Position numbers and translations under genes: made by a program. From the NCBI GenBank assembly GCA_024398135.1, contig CP073750.1, positions 4,022,471-4,086,470 on the forward strand: DNA of 64,000 nucleotides. The letters are read 5' to 3'. The notes beneath the pieces are model-generated. The model was not told where the DNA came from. It saw only the letters and a program-made list of their open reading frames with translations, and made no database searches. Shown in pieces: positions 46,852 through 56,436 of this stretch (positions are counted from its first letter, which is position 1; each line of letters begins with the position of its first letter). The DNA comes from a bacterium SCSIO 12643 (lineage in GTDB: Bacteria > Bacteroidota > Bacteroidia > Flavobacteriales_G > Salibacteraceae).

Positions 46852-48107
46852 AACTCCTCCTCTTCTGCTCCCGGTAACTCTAATGATTTAACAGTTTGAA
46901 TAGCATTACCCGCAATTCCTTTGATTGAACCATACATATCAATGGTGTTGGTAATTACCTTTTCAATCTGCTTATCTCTTTGTTTCCAAATTCTTTGCAT
47001 AGATCTTTTTTCGCTTTCAAGATCTGATTTCATTTGAGTAAAACCTTCTACTATGGCCTCAATTTGCATTTTGAAGGTATTACTGGTCAGGAAATCATAA
47101 AGCATCACCATTTTATCACCTTTATTCTCCTGTGAACTTATGGCTGCATTGATCTGAATAATAGACTCTCTTAAAACCGCACACAACCCTTTAAACTCTT
47201 CATAATTACAAATCCAAATGCCATCTTTCATTCCCATTCGCTCCATATCAGAAGGCATCACTTTAGTCACCAAAACCCCAATGTTAGCTCCCTTTTCTCT
47301 AATATCCGCTTTAAACTTTTCTATCCAGGAAGGTTGAAAATCTTTCGTTCGTTTACTTTCATAATAGATGGTTCCACAATTTTGAACCGATCTGGTATTG
47401 ATGGTTTGCAAACAATCTCCCCCTCTAGCTCCTTTCTTAATTTCAACAACAGTATCCAACGGGAATTTACTCATCAACCATTCTTCGATTGCCAATTCCT
47501 GAACCTCTCCTTGCAGTTGCATAGAACCCTGTTCCTGTTTACGCTTCATTTCTTCAGTAAGTCGCTTCTGATCTTCTAACTGTTTTTGCATTTCCTTGAA
47601 CCGTAGTTCATTTCGCTCTTCTTCCGACTTCCTGATTTTCTCCTTCTCGGCAATCAGTGCTTCACTTAGTTTCTTCTGTGCTTCCGCTTCAAGAGATTCC
47701 TTGAGTTCCCCCTTTTCACGCTTAAGCTTCTCAATTTCCGCTTTTGATCTGTTTAAATCTTTAATCTTTTCAGATTTTTCATTCAGTTCTTTTTGCAACG
47801 CCTGAAACTGTTCAGATTGTTCATCCTGAAGTTTTGTCTTTAGCTTGTTCTCAATAGATTTACGTTCTTCTTTCAGTTGTTTTTCCAAACGCTCCTGAAA
47901 CATATCATTGGCTTGCTTCTTTGCTTTTTGAAAATCTTCTTTGGCCTTATTAAGCTCTTTAAATTGGGTTTCGTACTTCTTTCTTTCTGCGGCCAACTGA
48001 GATTGAAATTTCTGTTTAATCTCCTCCTCTAACTGATGTGCCAGAATATCCTGTACATCTATTGAAGTTCCACAATTAGGACATTTGACTTGGTTTTCAT
48101 TTTTCAT
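46848..48107 (-). CDS. DUF2130-like protein (N-terminal Zn-ribbon CPNC, long coiled coil, C-terminal nuclease-like domain)
   Basis: 'MKNENQVKCPNCGTSIDV' then ~170 aa of coiled coil, then a globular C-terminus; family name from memory. Confidence 0.55.
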   Translation of the reverse strand: MKNENQVKCPNCGTSIDVQDILAHQLEEEIKQKFQSQLAAERKKYETQFKELNKAKEDFQKAKKQANDMFQERLEKQLKEERKSIENKLKTKLQDEQSEQFQALQKELNEKSEKIKDLNRSKAEIEKLKREKGELKESLEAEAQKKLSEALIAEKEKIRKSEEERNELRFKEMQKQLEDQKRLTEEMKRKQEQGSMQLQGEVQELAIEEWLMSKFPLDTVVEIKKGARGGDCLQTINTRSVQNCGTIYYESKRTKDFQPSWIEKFKADIREKGANIGVLVTKVMPSDMERMGMKDGIWICNYEEFKGLCAVLRESIIQINAAISSQENKGDKMVMLYDFLTSNTFKMQIEAIVEGFTQMKSDLESEKRSMQRIWKQRDKQIEKVITNTIDMYGSIKGIAGNAIQTVKSLELPGAEEEEF

Positions 48108-48189
48108 TTGAAGCGCTATTAATCACAATCAACTCCAAAATTAAACTTAGTTTGAATTATGATGGTTACATGCTGCACTATTCTTATAT

Positions 48190-48233
48190 AAAAAAGAAAA
48201 TGCCTTAAAGTTCTAATAAGAACCTTAAGGCAT
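48190..48233 (-). terminator. Rho-independent terminator for the minus-strand thioredoxin-family gene (14-bp imperfect stem, then a U-run on the minus strand)
   Basis: 'aaaaaagaaaatgccttaaagttctaataagaaccttaaggcat'. Confidence 0.65.
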
Positions 48234-48277
48234 CTCTATTCACATCACCTCAAAACGTACATCCCTAATAAAACATC

Positions 48278-48931
48278 TTAAGCACTCTCTTTCATAGTTT
48301 CAAATTCCTCTTTACTCTTCACCATGCCTGAGTTTAACACATCTATTATATCTTCTTCAACAGCCATCCCTTTATCTTTGGTATACCATACATGCAGTTT
48401 TTTAGCAAAATCATGTTTGTCAAAATCCGGATGAGTGGCTTTGTAATCATCCACCATTTTTTGAATCATTTTAGGACGAGGGCCCCAATGCTTTAACTCC
48501 TCACCTGTCTCCTCATTTATAGCCACCAAAATAGGTATCGCTTTTCCGCCATTGGTTAAATACTTATCCATGATTTCCGGATTATCATCTCTCAACAACA
48601 CTTTTAAATCAATTCGATCTGAAACTTCAGCCATTTTTGCAATTACAGGTACAGTTTGAGATGCATCTCCACACCACCCTTCAGTAATTAAGTACCAGGT
48701 CCAATTTCCCTTTATTTGATTTAATACAGCTTTAAAATCTTCACTTACCTGATACTTATTTTCTAATCTGTTAAATCTGTGAAGATTCATTTTTGTGGTA
48801 TCCAATAATACTTCTGACTGTATTGGTCCTGTTACTTTTCCCTCCTCATAAAGAGACTTCACAAGGTTCCTATACGCATCGTAGGTATAAAGTTTACTGG
48901 CCTGACTAAATATATTGTTTATGTATTTCAT
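48278..48931 (-). CDS. Thioredoxin-fold family protein (WCGD redox motif)
   Basis: 'WYLITEGWCGDASQTVP'. Confidence 0.7.
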   Translation of the reverse strand: MKYINNIFSQASKLYTYDAYRNLVKSLYEEGKVTGPIQSEVLLDTTKMNLHRFNRLENKYQVSEDFKAVLNQIKGNWTWYLITEGWCGDASQTVPVIAKMAEVSDRIDLKVLLRDDNPEIMDKYLTNGGKAIPILVAINEETGEELKHWGPRPKMIQKMVDDYKATHPDFDKHDFAKKLHVWYTKDKGMAVEEDIIDVLNSGMVKSKEEFETMKESA

Positions 48932-49073
48932 TTCGGTTTACATTGATAATGCAAACTTACCACCACTTACTATTTACAATTTGTAACCCAGCTTACATTC
49001 TATGCACTTCATATATGATTTTTCTAATATAACAGACTTATTATTTCTTAAGGCATAATATTACATTTGCCGC

Positions 49074-49634
49074 ATGGATGAATTCATAGAAGTAATCAAG
49101 ACCTACATTCAATTATCATCGGAAGCTGAGACCGAAATACGTAAAGTTGCTGTAACAGAATCTCTTCCCAAAGGGCACCTTATTGTTGATGAAGGTGTTA
49201 CATGTAGAAAGCTTTATTTTCTCACAAAAGGAACTGTAAGAAGTTATTTCTATCAGAAAGGAAAAGATGTGACTTATTGGATTTATCCGGAAAACAATAT
49301 GTTCACTTCCTGGTCCAGCTATTTGATGAAAAAGGCTTCATCTGAATTTATTGAGACCACCGATGATTGTGAAACCGTTTATATATCATACGATAATTGG
49401 CAAAACCTATATAATAACTTCCCAGAATTAGATCGATTTGGAAGACTGGTTATGGAAGAACAAATTGCACTGATAAACGATTTTTATATGGGTTATTACT
49501 TTCTATCAGCGAAAGAAAAATACGATTTGGTCATTTCCGTGTTCCCGGATATTACGCAAAGAGCCAATTTGGGACACATTGCTTCTATGTTGGGAATCTC
49601 TCAAGAAACATTGAGTAGAATTAGAGGGAAATAA
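49074..49634 (+). CDS. Crp/Fnr-family transcriptional regulator (cNMP-binding + HTH)
   Basis: 186 aa; C-terminal HTH 'RANLGHIASMLGISQETLSRIRG'. Confidence 0.8.
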   Translation: MDEFIEVIKTYIQLSSEAETEIRKVAVTESLPKGHLIVDEGVTCRKLYFLTKGTVRSYFYQKGKDVTYWIYPENNMFTSWSSYLMKKASSEFIETTDDCETVYISYDNWQNLYNNFPELDRFGRLVMEEQIALINDFYMGYYFLSAKEKYDLVISVFPDITQRANLGHIASMLGISQETLSRIRGK

Positions 49635-49636
49635 AA

Positions 49637-49664
49637 AAGGCCTTAATGAAATTAAGACCTTTTA
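49637..49664. terminator. Hairpin terminator between convergent genes (stem GGCCTTAAT/ATTAAGACC, then a T-run)
   Basis: 'aaaaaaggccttaatgaaattaagaccttttaaaa'. Confidence 0.55.
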
Positions 49665-49685
49665 AAACCAGAGTGCTATGGTCGA

Positions 49686-50549
49686 TTAAAACACTCTTAC
49701 GATATTAAATCCAAAAAAGATATCACCTGTAGACCAATCCCCTTCCGCATTGCTAATAAAACCTGGTTCATTAGTAGATTGTGCATTGGAAAACAATAGC
49801 TGAAACACATGACCTCCGGTTTCTAGATCCAAACCAATCGTCAACGGATCTTTATATACAGATTCGCTTGCTCTACTGAAGTTGTATACATAATCAACGT
49901 TTAAAGAAAGTCTGGTATTTAATTTAAATCTCCCTCCAAAACCCAGTGCATATTGATTATGATCTTGAAATTTCTCTAAAACCAAATTCTGTCTCACATA
50001 AGTAGGTGCCAACTCTAAGGATAATTTATTGCTAAATCGCTTTGAAATCAAAACCTGAGACGCATAGCTCAATCGATCTTCAAATAACATGTGTGGATAT
50101 CTCTCTGTGGTCAGTTCAGTATTCACATTGATTGTAGTATACCCTACTACATTCACAGGGAATTTATCCGATTGTGACATCAATCTAAACTTCAATGCAC
50201 CCGCATAAGTCTTTCTCAAAGATTCTCTACTGACACTTAATTGTACTCCTTCAAACAACCCGTAAGCCATCTGAATTTTGGTATTGGCATTATCTAATCC
50301 AAAGAAGGTAGAAATACCATCTTTTAACGAACCAAATCGGTGTGAGACATACATGTACCAATCTCCTTTTGCGGCCACCTTTGTTGATTGTAAATTACCA
50401 ATCTTCATTGCCTTAAATGCCGGATATTCAAAAACCTCTTCTTCAGAACTGTTTTCTAACTCATCCAACAAATCGTCCTGCGCATATATTGAACTCCAAC
50501 TCAATACGCTTAATAATATCACAAATAATGTTCTTGTCATTTTAAACAA
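49686..50549 (-). CDS. Outer-membrane beta-barrel protein (DUF5777-like)
   Basis: Signal peptide; alternating amphipathic strands; C-terminal 'FGFNIVRVF'; family assignment from memory. Confidence 0.5.
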   Translation of the reverse strand: MFKMTRTLFVILLSVLSWSSIYAQDDLLDELENSSEEEVFEYPAFKAMKIGNLQSTKVAAKGDWYMYVSHRFGSLKDGISTFFGLDNANTKIQMAYGLFEGVQLSVSRESLRKTYAGALKFRLMSQSDKFPVNVVGYTTINVNTELTTERYPHMLFEDRLSYASQVLISKRFSNKLSLELAPTYVRQNLVLEKFQDHNQYALGFGGRFKLNTRLSLNVDYVYNFSRASESVYKDPLTIGLDLETGGHVFQLLFSNAQSTNEPGFISNAEGDWSTGDIFFGFNIVRVF

Positions 50550-50562
50550 ATTTTGGTTGGTT

Positions 50563-51123
50563 TTACTTTTTTGGACGTAGATTATAGTCCAGATTTATTT
50601 CAATGGTATCCGCGATCTTTTCTTTCACAATCCCGGGAATATCAATTTTAAAATCATCCGGATCAACCTTGAATTGAGATGCCAAAACAATCTTATCTTC
50701 CACTTTAGATAACATAATCCACACTTCAATATCTTTGGTCACCCCATGCATACTCAGTTTTCCCCTCACTTTGAATTTACTGATTCCATCCGTGACTTTA
50801 TTGATATCAAAGTTTTCTATTTTACCTTTAAATGTAGCCTTCGGAAATTGATCAGACTCCATATAATTTTCATTGAAGTGCTCTTCCATTAGTGCTACTT
50901 CAAAATGAAACGATTTAATAAAAACCAAAGCCGCTACTTCTCCGGTTCCAACATCCAAAATGGCTGTGGTATTATGATTGACTGCTTCTACCGGTTCAAA
51001 TGCTTCAACAGACCCTTTAAATTCTGTAATCCCGGATTTGGTATAATATTTCTGCGCCTGGGCACTCCAATTCAGTCCCAAACAAACTGTTAACGCTATC
51101 ACTATTTTATTAATTTTCATCAT
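50563..51123 (-). CDS. YceI-family (polyisoprenoid-binding) periplasmic protein
   Basis: 186 aa with signal peptide; YceI-like 'ILDVGTGEVAALVFIKSFHFE...KATFKGKI...RGKLSMHGVTKDIE'. Confidence 0.8.
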   Translation of the reverse strand: MMKINKIVIALTVCLGLNWSAQAQKYYTKSGITEFKGSVEAFEPVEAVNHNTTAILDVGTGEVAALVFIKSFHFEVALMEEHFNENYMESDQFPKATFKGKIENFDINKVTDGISKFKVRGKLSMHGVTKDIEVWIMLSKVEDKIVLASQFKVDPDDFKIDIPGIVKEKIADTIEINLDYNLRPKK

Positions 51124-51124
51124 C

Positions 51125-51481
51125 TTATTTTTCTAAAAACCCATCGGCTACCCATTTATCCATAATCTGTCTCTGATTTGCAGGTAATATTCCTGCAGGA
51201 GGCATTGGACTGGTTACACTATTCATTCTTTCAATCAGATTACCTTTTTCGGTTGCAAATCTGGTATCCTGATAATTATCTAAACTTAATCCTGCACTTG
51301 GTGCTGCTCCCGCATGACATGTTACACAATTGTTATACATCAGCGCCTGTACATCAGGATCGTATTTAATAGTATCAGTAATCGGAGGAGTTACTCCGGG
51401 TGATTCATCAATAATGGCTTTAGTACAACTACTTAATCCTATAACCAACATGACAAATGGTACAATTAACTTTCTAAGCAT
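51125..51481 (-). CDS. c-type cytochrome lipoprotein (single CxxCH haem site)
   Basis: Lipobox 'LVIGLSSC'; haem-binding 'CVTCH'; downstream Met ligand candidate 'SPMPP'. Confidence 0.65.
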   Translation of the reverse strand: MLRKLIVPFVMLVIGLSSCTKAIIDESPGVTPPITDTIKYDPDVQALMYNNCVTCHAGAAPSAGLSLDNYQDTRFATEKGNLIERMNSVTSPMPPAGILPANQRQIMDKWVADGFLEK

Positions 51482-51485
51482 ATTT

Positions 51486-52640
51486 CTAATTTTGAACAGT
51501 AATGTTATCTATGGTAATCTGTTGTTGATCTAATGGATTTATGGTTATCGATTGACTTATATGCGTGACATCTCCCGCTGAGGGTGCACCATCTTCATTC
51601 ACATCAGCTACAATCGTTACGTAGTATGTTCCAGGATGTAAATAGGTTACAATAAACTGATCTTCATTCGCATCCAGTTGAGGAAACATTAATACCGAAT
51701 TGAAATTGTTAAAATCCAAATACCCCATAGAATCAGTAAGCGGATCTTCCGATAGGTAAACGAAAAGCGTTTTATTCTCAATCAAAGCAGTTTTTACCAT
51801 ATCAATTTGTAAATAAGACAAATATGGCTGCTCATCGATTCGATACGGATCAAGTGCTTCGTATGCCAGAGATATAACATCACTATTATCCGTTCCCTGA
51901 GCCAAAAATGAGGCTGAAGATGCTTCAGAAGCGCCTGGATTTACATATAAATCCTCTGTTTTAAACTCTGCAGAAAAGTCCTTGGATACTTCATTTTTAG
52001 GGAATCCAAATTGTGCCGCTGCATTTTGCGCCAACGATGTTGATCTTCTTTCTGCTTTAAATGTCATGTGACGAGAAGCCGGAGCATTTAATCCTAATCT
52101 GCTGGTATATGCGTTCCAGTAAATACTATCCTGCTTAAAACGTAATTCCATCTTCATAACATTAGCGCCACCAACTGCATCCACAAAGCGATAGTATTTA
52201 CCATCAAAATCGGTATGTGTACTATCCAAAACGAAATAACTGGTACGATATATTCCATTTAAAACGCCACCATTTCTAGCCATTATGGTACGCGTATTTT
52301 TAAAATCTGTGACAAAAAATGTAGTGAACAGGTTTCCGAAAGTTCCTCCTTCAAAAATCCCATGTACATGGTTCGATGAAATTGCTCTATAATCAAATGC
52401 AAACCATGGATAATCGTCTGCAATTACCCGATTAATTCCAACCCAGTGGCCTTGCATATTTTCCATAAAATCAAACCCTTTGGTATTAATATCCAAGGGT
52501 ACTACTTCAGATTTAGCTGGGGGTTTACCTGGGTCTACAGGTTGTTTTACATCAGCAATATTTCTGATTTCCTGCTTGTTGCAACTCATTATTCCTATAC
52601 AAGTCACGACAATGCACATCAACATTTTTGTTTTATTCAT
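51486..52640 (-). CDS. Hypothetical lipoprotein (384 aa)
   Basis: Lipobox 'IGIMSC'; 8-bp overlap with the upstream lipoprotein gene. Confidence 0.45.
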   Translation of the reverse strand: MNKTKMLMCIVVTCIGIMSCNKQEIRNIADVKQPVDPGKPPAKSEVVPLDINTKGFDFMENMQGHWVGINRVIADDYPWFAFDYRAISSNHVHGIFEGGTFGNLFTTFFVTDFKNTRTIMARNGGVLNGIYRTSYFVLDSTHTDFDGKYYRFVDAVGGANVMKMELRFKQDSIYWNAYTSRLGLNAPASRHMTFKAERRSTSLAQNAAAQFGFPKNEVSKDFSAEFKTEDLYVNPGASEASSASFLAQGTDNSDVISLAYEALDPYRIDEQPYLSYLQIDMVKTALIENKTLFVYLSEDPLTDSMGYLDFNNFNSVLMFPQLDANEDQFIVTYLHPGTYYVTIVADVNEDGAPSAGDVTHISQSITINPLDQQQITIDNITVQN

Positions 52641-53043
52641 AATCTTCAGATTGGTTTTGATTTATTCTCACCCACGTCTCGGTAATGGGCTTTCTCATTT
52701 GGTATGTAGTTACATTTAAAGTGTCTTCGTGTACAAGTTTTAGTTTCGGTAGCTTATTGGAATTAGCTGATGTAGTCGCTCCACTCACCATATCCACAAA
52801 GTCTTCATCTTTTTGCTGGATATTTTGAAACAGATATTTCTCTTTTTTCCCATTAAATCGATAACGATATATGTCATCATCATAGAACAAAATCTGAGTT
52901 TTCAACTCCCCATCTTTTTTTATTATTTGATAAACTGCTTTATAGAATGGACTTTCTACCTGCCACTTCCCAATCAATTTATTTGTTGAGGAATTACAAG
53001 AAATAAGTCCCGTAAGAAATAATATGTAATACCAATATTTCAT
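52633..53043 (-). CDS. Hypothetical small lipoprotein (lipocalin-like size)
   Basis: 'MKYWYYILFLTGLISC'. Confidence 0.45.
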   Translation of the reverse strand: MKYWYYILFLTGLISCNSSTNKLIGKWQVESPFYKAVYQIIKKDGELKTQILFYDDDIYRYRFNGKKEKYLFQNIQQKDEDFVDMVSGATTSANSNKLPKLKLVHEDTLNVTTYQMRKPITETWVRINQNQSEDYE

Positions 53044-53158
53044 TTGTTAGGTTTTGTTGAGGCAAACGTATATCGGCATTTAAGTTTAATTTTTGACCTA
53101 TGTCAAAATCGAAATCAAGCGGAAACAAAACTTACTTTTGTAGTCTAACAAACTATAC

Positions 53159-53404
53159 ATGAATCAGTATCTATCGAAATGGCGTACGATTGGTATGCTT
53201 ATATTTCTCTATATAGCTATTTTAAAGGATTGGCAGTGGATTTGGGGAATTCTGTTTTCAATCTGGGTAATCGAAAATTTAAAATCGCAATCTACCTATC
53301 TTATCGAACCTATTGAGCGAAAAGACACTCCGGTACTTTATTGGAGTATGGTAGTTACCTGGACCTTACTTGCTATATATTCTTTTTCATCCATCTTTAT
53401 TTAA
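53159..53404 (+). CDS. Hypothetical small membrane protein (81 aa, 2-3 TM)
   Basis: ORF only; hydrophobic. Confidence 0.3.
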   Translation: MNQYLSKWRTIGMLIFLYIAILKDWQWIWGILFSIWVIENLKSQSTYLIEPIERKDTPVLYWSMVVTWTLLAIYSFSSIFI

Positions 53405-53530
53405 ATACTTTTTCAGCCGCTTAAATCGTTTTTGATTTAGGTCAAAAATATCTTCAACCCCATTGGTCAACTTTGCATCGATGATGAATGACTCCTCATT
53501 TTTCATCTGATTTACAACAAAGTACACATT

Positions 53531-54508
53531 ATGACCAATTCTAAATTATTTATTCGTGCCGCATCAATGCTCCTATTTTTGGGTGCATTACCACACATAC
53601 TTCCAAAATTCATTTCCTTACCGGAACTCAATTTTTATGATGTTGAATTTTTCTTTTACGTTTTTAATGATCTAAGCCTCATCTATATCATCGTTCCTTT
53701 CTTTATTCTAGAGCTTGGCAGGTATTTATACTTAAAAAGATTAGATAAAGATGTCATGCTAGATTCTATGTCTAATGTCATCACATTTGGCGCATATTTA
53801 ATCATAGAATATGTGCTTGGAATTTTAGCCATCACTAAAATCTACTACTGGGTACACATGCACTTTAGTTTACCCTACCTACCTCTAAATATATTCAACA
53901 TTATATTCGTCATTTTACTGGCTGATTTCGCGTATTACTGGGATCATAGAATGATGCACCGTATCGGAATTGGATGGGCCACTCATACGGTACACCATAG
54001 TTCTGAGCATTTTAACATGTCCGTGGCTTATCGCTTTGGTCCCATGGACGCCATATTTCCAATTATATTTTCTCTTCCTATTGTTATGTTAGGATTTGAC
54101 CCTATTCTCGTCTTAAGCGCAGAAGTCTTTGTACAGGTATTTCAAACTTTATTACATACCGAAATCATTAAAAAACTTCCACGTCCGTTTGAATTCATTT
54201 TTAACACTCCGTCTCACCATAGAGTACATCACGGTTCAAATAGAGAATACTGGGACAAGAACTATGCTGGTATTTTGATAATCTGGGATCGAATGTTTGG
54301 CACTTTCGAACCTGAAGTAGCCCCTGTAAAATATGGCATCTCTGAACCTTTAAATAGCGTTAATCCCGTAAAGGTATTCTTTCATGGAATCACCCGATTT
54401 TATCAAAAATTCAATAACACATCAGGATTTACCAACAAACTACTTCTCTTCATTAAACCACCTGATTGGAGTCCTAAAGAACGTAACACATTAACAAATG
54501 AAAAATAG
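53531..54508 (+). CDS. Fatty-acid hydroxylase / sterol desaturase superfamily membrane protein
   Basis: His boxes 'HRMMH', 'HTVHH', 'HRVHHG'; paralog of the N-terminal half of 2397-3866. Confidence 0.8.
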   Translation: MTNSKLFIRAASMLLFLGALPHILPKFISLPELNFYDVEFFFYVFNDLSLIYIIVPFFILELGRYLYLKRLDKDVMLDSMSNVITFGAYLIIEYVLGILAITKIYYWVHMHFSLPYLPLNIFNIIFVILLADFAYYWDHRMMHRIGIGWATHTVHHSSEHFNMSVAYRFGPMDAIFPIIFSLPIVMLGFDPILVLSAEVFVQVFQTLLHTEIIKKLPRPFEFIFNTPSHHRVHHGSNREYWDKNYAGILIIWDRMFGTFEPEVAPVKYGISEPLNSVNPVKVFFHGITRFYQKFNNTSGFTNKLLLFIKPPDWSPKERNTLTNEK

Positions 54509-55676
54509 AACTGATATCCTACCTGTAGAGGCCTATACTTCAAATGAATGGTTCAAACTTGAGCTTAAACATATATTTAGTACTACATGGCAATTTGCAG
54601 GATTGGTTGAAGACGTATCAAAACCCGGTGACTATATTACCGTGCAGGCAGGTCTAAACAATATCTTCGTGATGATGGGACACGATCATAACGTTCGTGC
54701 ATTTCATAACATTTGCAGACATAGAGGCACCCAACTACTACAATCGGTAGGCAAAAGTCAAAAAGCGATTACCTGTCCATATCACGATTGGGTTTATGAC
54801 ATTGATGGAAATTTGATCAGTATTCCGGAACAACAAACCGAGTTTCCAGATCTCAAAACACCACTACGAGATTGTGGTTTAAATTTACATCATGCTTCGG
54901 TTGGAATTTTTAAAGGGATGTTATTTGTTCATCCGGATGCACAACCAGAAACAAGTTTAGAAGAATATTTTGCTGAGGTACAACCGTTTTTAGGCCCACA
55001 TAAAGTAGAAAGTTTAGTTGAATATACAGAGGAGGATGGGCAACCACTCTATTCTAAAGTCATTCATGCCAATTGGAAAATAATCGTTGATAATTATATC
55101 GATCACTATCATTTATCACATCTCCATAAAAATACTTTGGATATGTACGATCATAAAAATGCGCGTTTTGGCTGGGCCGGTCCACATTACTGGTTCTATG
55201 AAAGTCTTATTCCTGCTTATGAAAAAGATGTAGAAAATTTATCTCCATACGTATTAATTGACTCTGTTCCGGAGAATCAAATGGGTGCATATGTGCCCTG
55301 GTTTTTCCCCAATATAGGAATTAGTGAAAGTGAAAGTACATGGAGTACTTTTCATGTTTTGCCTTTGGCTCCTAATAAGACACTTGTAACAATAAGAACA
55401 AAGGTTATGGATGTTTCAGAAGCCAAAGCTGCCAAACAATATTTAAAATCAGGGTTGCACAGTTTTTGGAAAAAATATGAGAATAAATTCTCAGAGGATG
55501 ATCCTGAACCAATGAAATCAGGAGATTTTATGCAAGAAGATATCTATGCTTGCGAACAACTACAGAAATCTCTTCAATCACCATATTATAGTGTAGGTGC
55601 AATCGCTCAAAAAGGTGAATATGCAATTGTGAAATTCCAACACCTTATTCGGGAATGGCTGGATAAATATTCCTAA
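54498..55676 (+). CDS. Rieske [2Fe-2S] non-haem iron oxygenase, alpha-subunit type
   Basis: Rieske 'CRHRG-x17-CPYHDW'; mononuclear-iron motif 'DHYHLSHLH'; 11-bp overlap with the desaturase gene. Confidence 0.8.
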   Translation: MKNRTDILPVEAYTSNEWFKLELKHIFSTTWQFAGLVEDVSKPGDYITVQAGLNNIFVMMGHDHNVRAFHNICRHRGTQLLQSVGKSQKAITCPYHDWVYDIDGNLISIPEQQTEFPDLKTPLRDCGLNLHHASVGIFKGMLFVHPDAQPETSLEEYFAEVQPFLGPHKVESLVEYTEEDGQPLYSKVIHANWKIIVDNYIDHYHLSHLHKNTLDMYDHKNARFGWAGPHYWFYESLIPAYEKDVENLSPYVLIDSVPENQMGAYVPWFFPNIGISESESTWSTFHVLPLAPNKTLVTIRTKVMDVSEAKAAKQYLKSGLHSFWKKYENKFSEDDPEPMKSGDFMQEDIYACEQLQKSLQSPYYSVGAIAQKGEYAIVKFQHLIREWLDKYS

Positions 55677-55687
55677 GAGCAAAAAAA

Positions 55688-55716
55688 GGGATTCTGCTTA
55701 CAGAATCCCTTTTTTA
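55688..55716. terminator. Bidirectional Rho-independent terminator (stem GGGATTCTG/CAGAATCCC flanked by A7 and T6)
   Basis: 'aaaaaaagggattctgcttacagaatcccttttttatt' between the convergent Rieske and Dps genes. Confidence 0.8.
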
Positions 55717-55723
55717 TTATTCT

Positions 55724-56188
55724 TTAGCTTAAATAAGCCGTATACATCCAAACGAGCTTTTCTTGCTCTCTAATATAATCACTCATTAAAGCTTGTGTTC
55801 CTTCATCATCGGCTTCTCCACTACTCTCAAGAATTACTCTCTGTTTCATGATCACCGTTTTAAACGCTTCTAAAACTGATGAAACTGTTTCTTCACTTCC
55901 TGTAGCATTTGTAACAGTTTTAATATCAGAAGCTTCTAAATAGTCTGCAAAGCTATGCATCGGTGTATGTCCTAACGTTAAAACACGTTCTGCGATTTCA
56001 TCAATTTTTACTTGAAGATCATTATATAACTCTTCGAACTTTACATGAAGCTCAAAAAACTTATTTCCCTTAATATTCCAGTGAAATCCACGAACATTCA
56101 TATAAAACAATTGGTAATTTGCCAATAGATCGTTTAACTGATTTGACAAGTTTTCTGACTTTTCTTTGCTTAATCCTATGCTATTCAT
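55724..56188 (-). CDS. dps: Dps-family DNA-binding ferritin-like protein
   Basis: 'MNVRGFHWNIKGNKFFELHVKFEELY...KIDEIAERV' ferroxidase-site pattern; start taken at internal 'MNSIGL'. Confidence 0.85.
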   Translation of the reverse strand: MNSIGLSKEKSENLSNQLNDLLANYQLFYMNVRGFHWNIKGNKFFELHVKFEELYNDLQVKIDEIAERVLTLGHTPMHSFADYLEASDIKTVTNATGSEETVSSVLEAFKTVIMKQRVILESSGEADDEGTQALMSDYIREQEKLVWMYTAYLS

Positions 56189-56436
56189 AATTCTATATTT
56201 TTCAGTTTGGTGACACAAAGTTGCACATCATTTATGTATAATTTTAATTTATCAAATTACTTTTACTATATATATTATTTATTTTAATAATACTTATTTC
56301 GATTCTATAAAAATATCAAATAATCCATTCCTTAATTCATCTATTTTCATGACTTTCAACCATAAATAAATATCTTTGACAAGGTCGTTCAACATGTCTG
56401 TGACATAGGCAAAATCAGCTATACCAGTTCATTAGT

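Noticed and set aside
47334-47805. Two plus-strand ORFs (81 and 69 aa)
   Set aside because: Antisense to the coiled-coil region of the DUF2130-like gene; Ser/Phe-rich low-complexity translations.
56390-56402. Inverted repeat ATGTC-TGT-GACAT between divergent dps and the glycosyltransferase gene
   Set aside because: Only 5-bp arms. It is plausible as an OxyR/PerR-type site for dps, but it is too short to support without comparative data.
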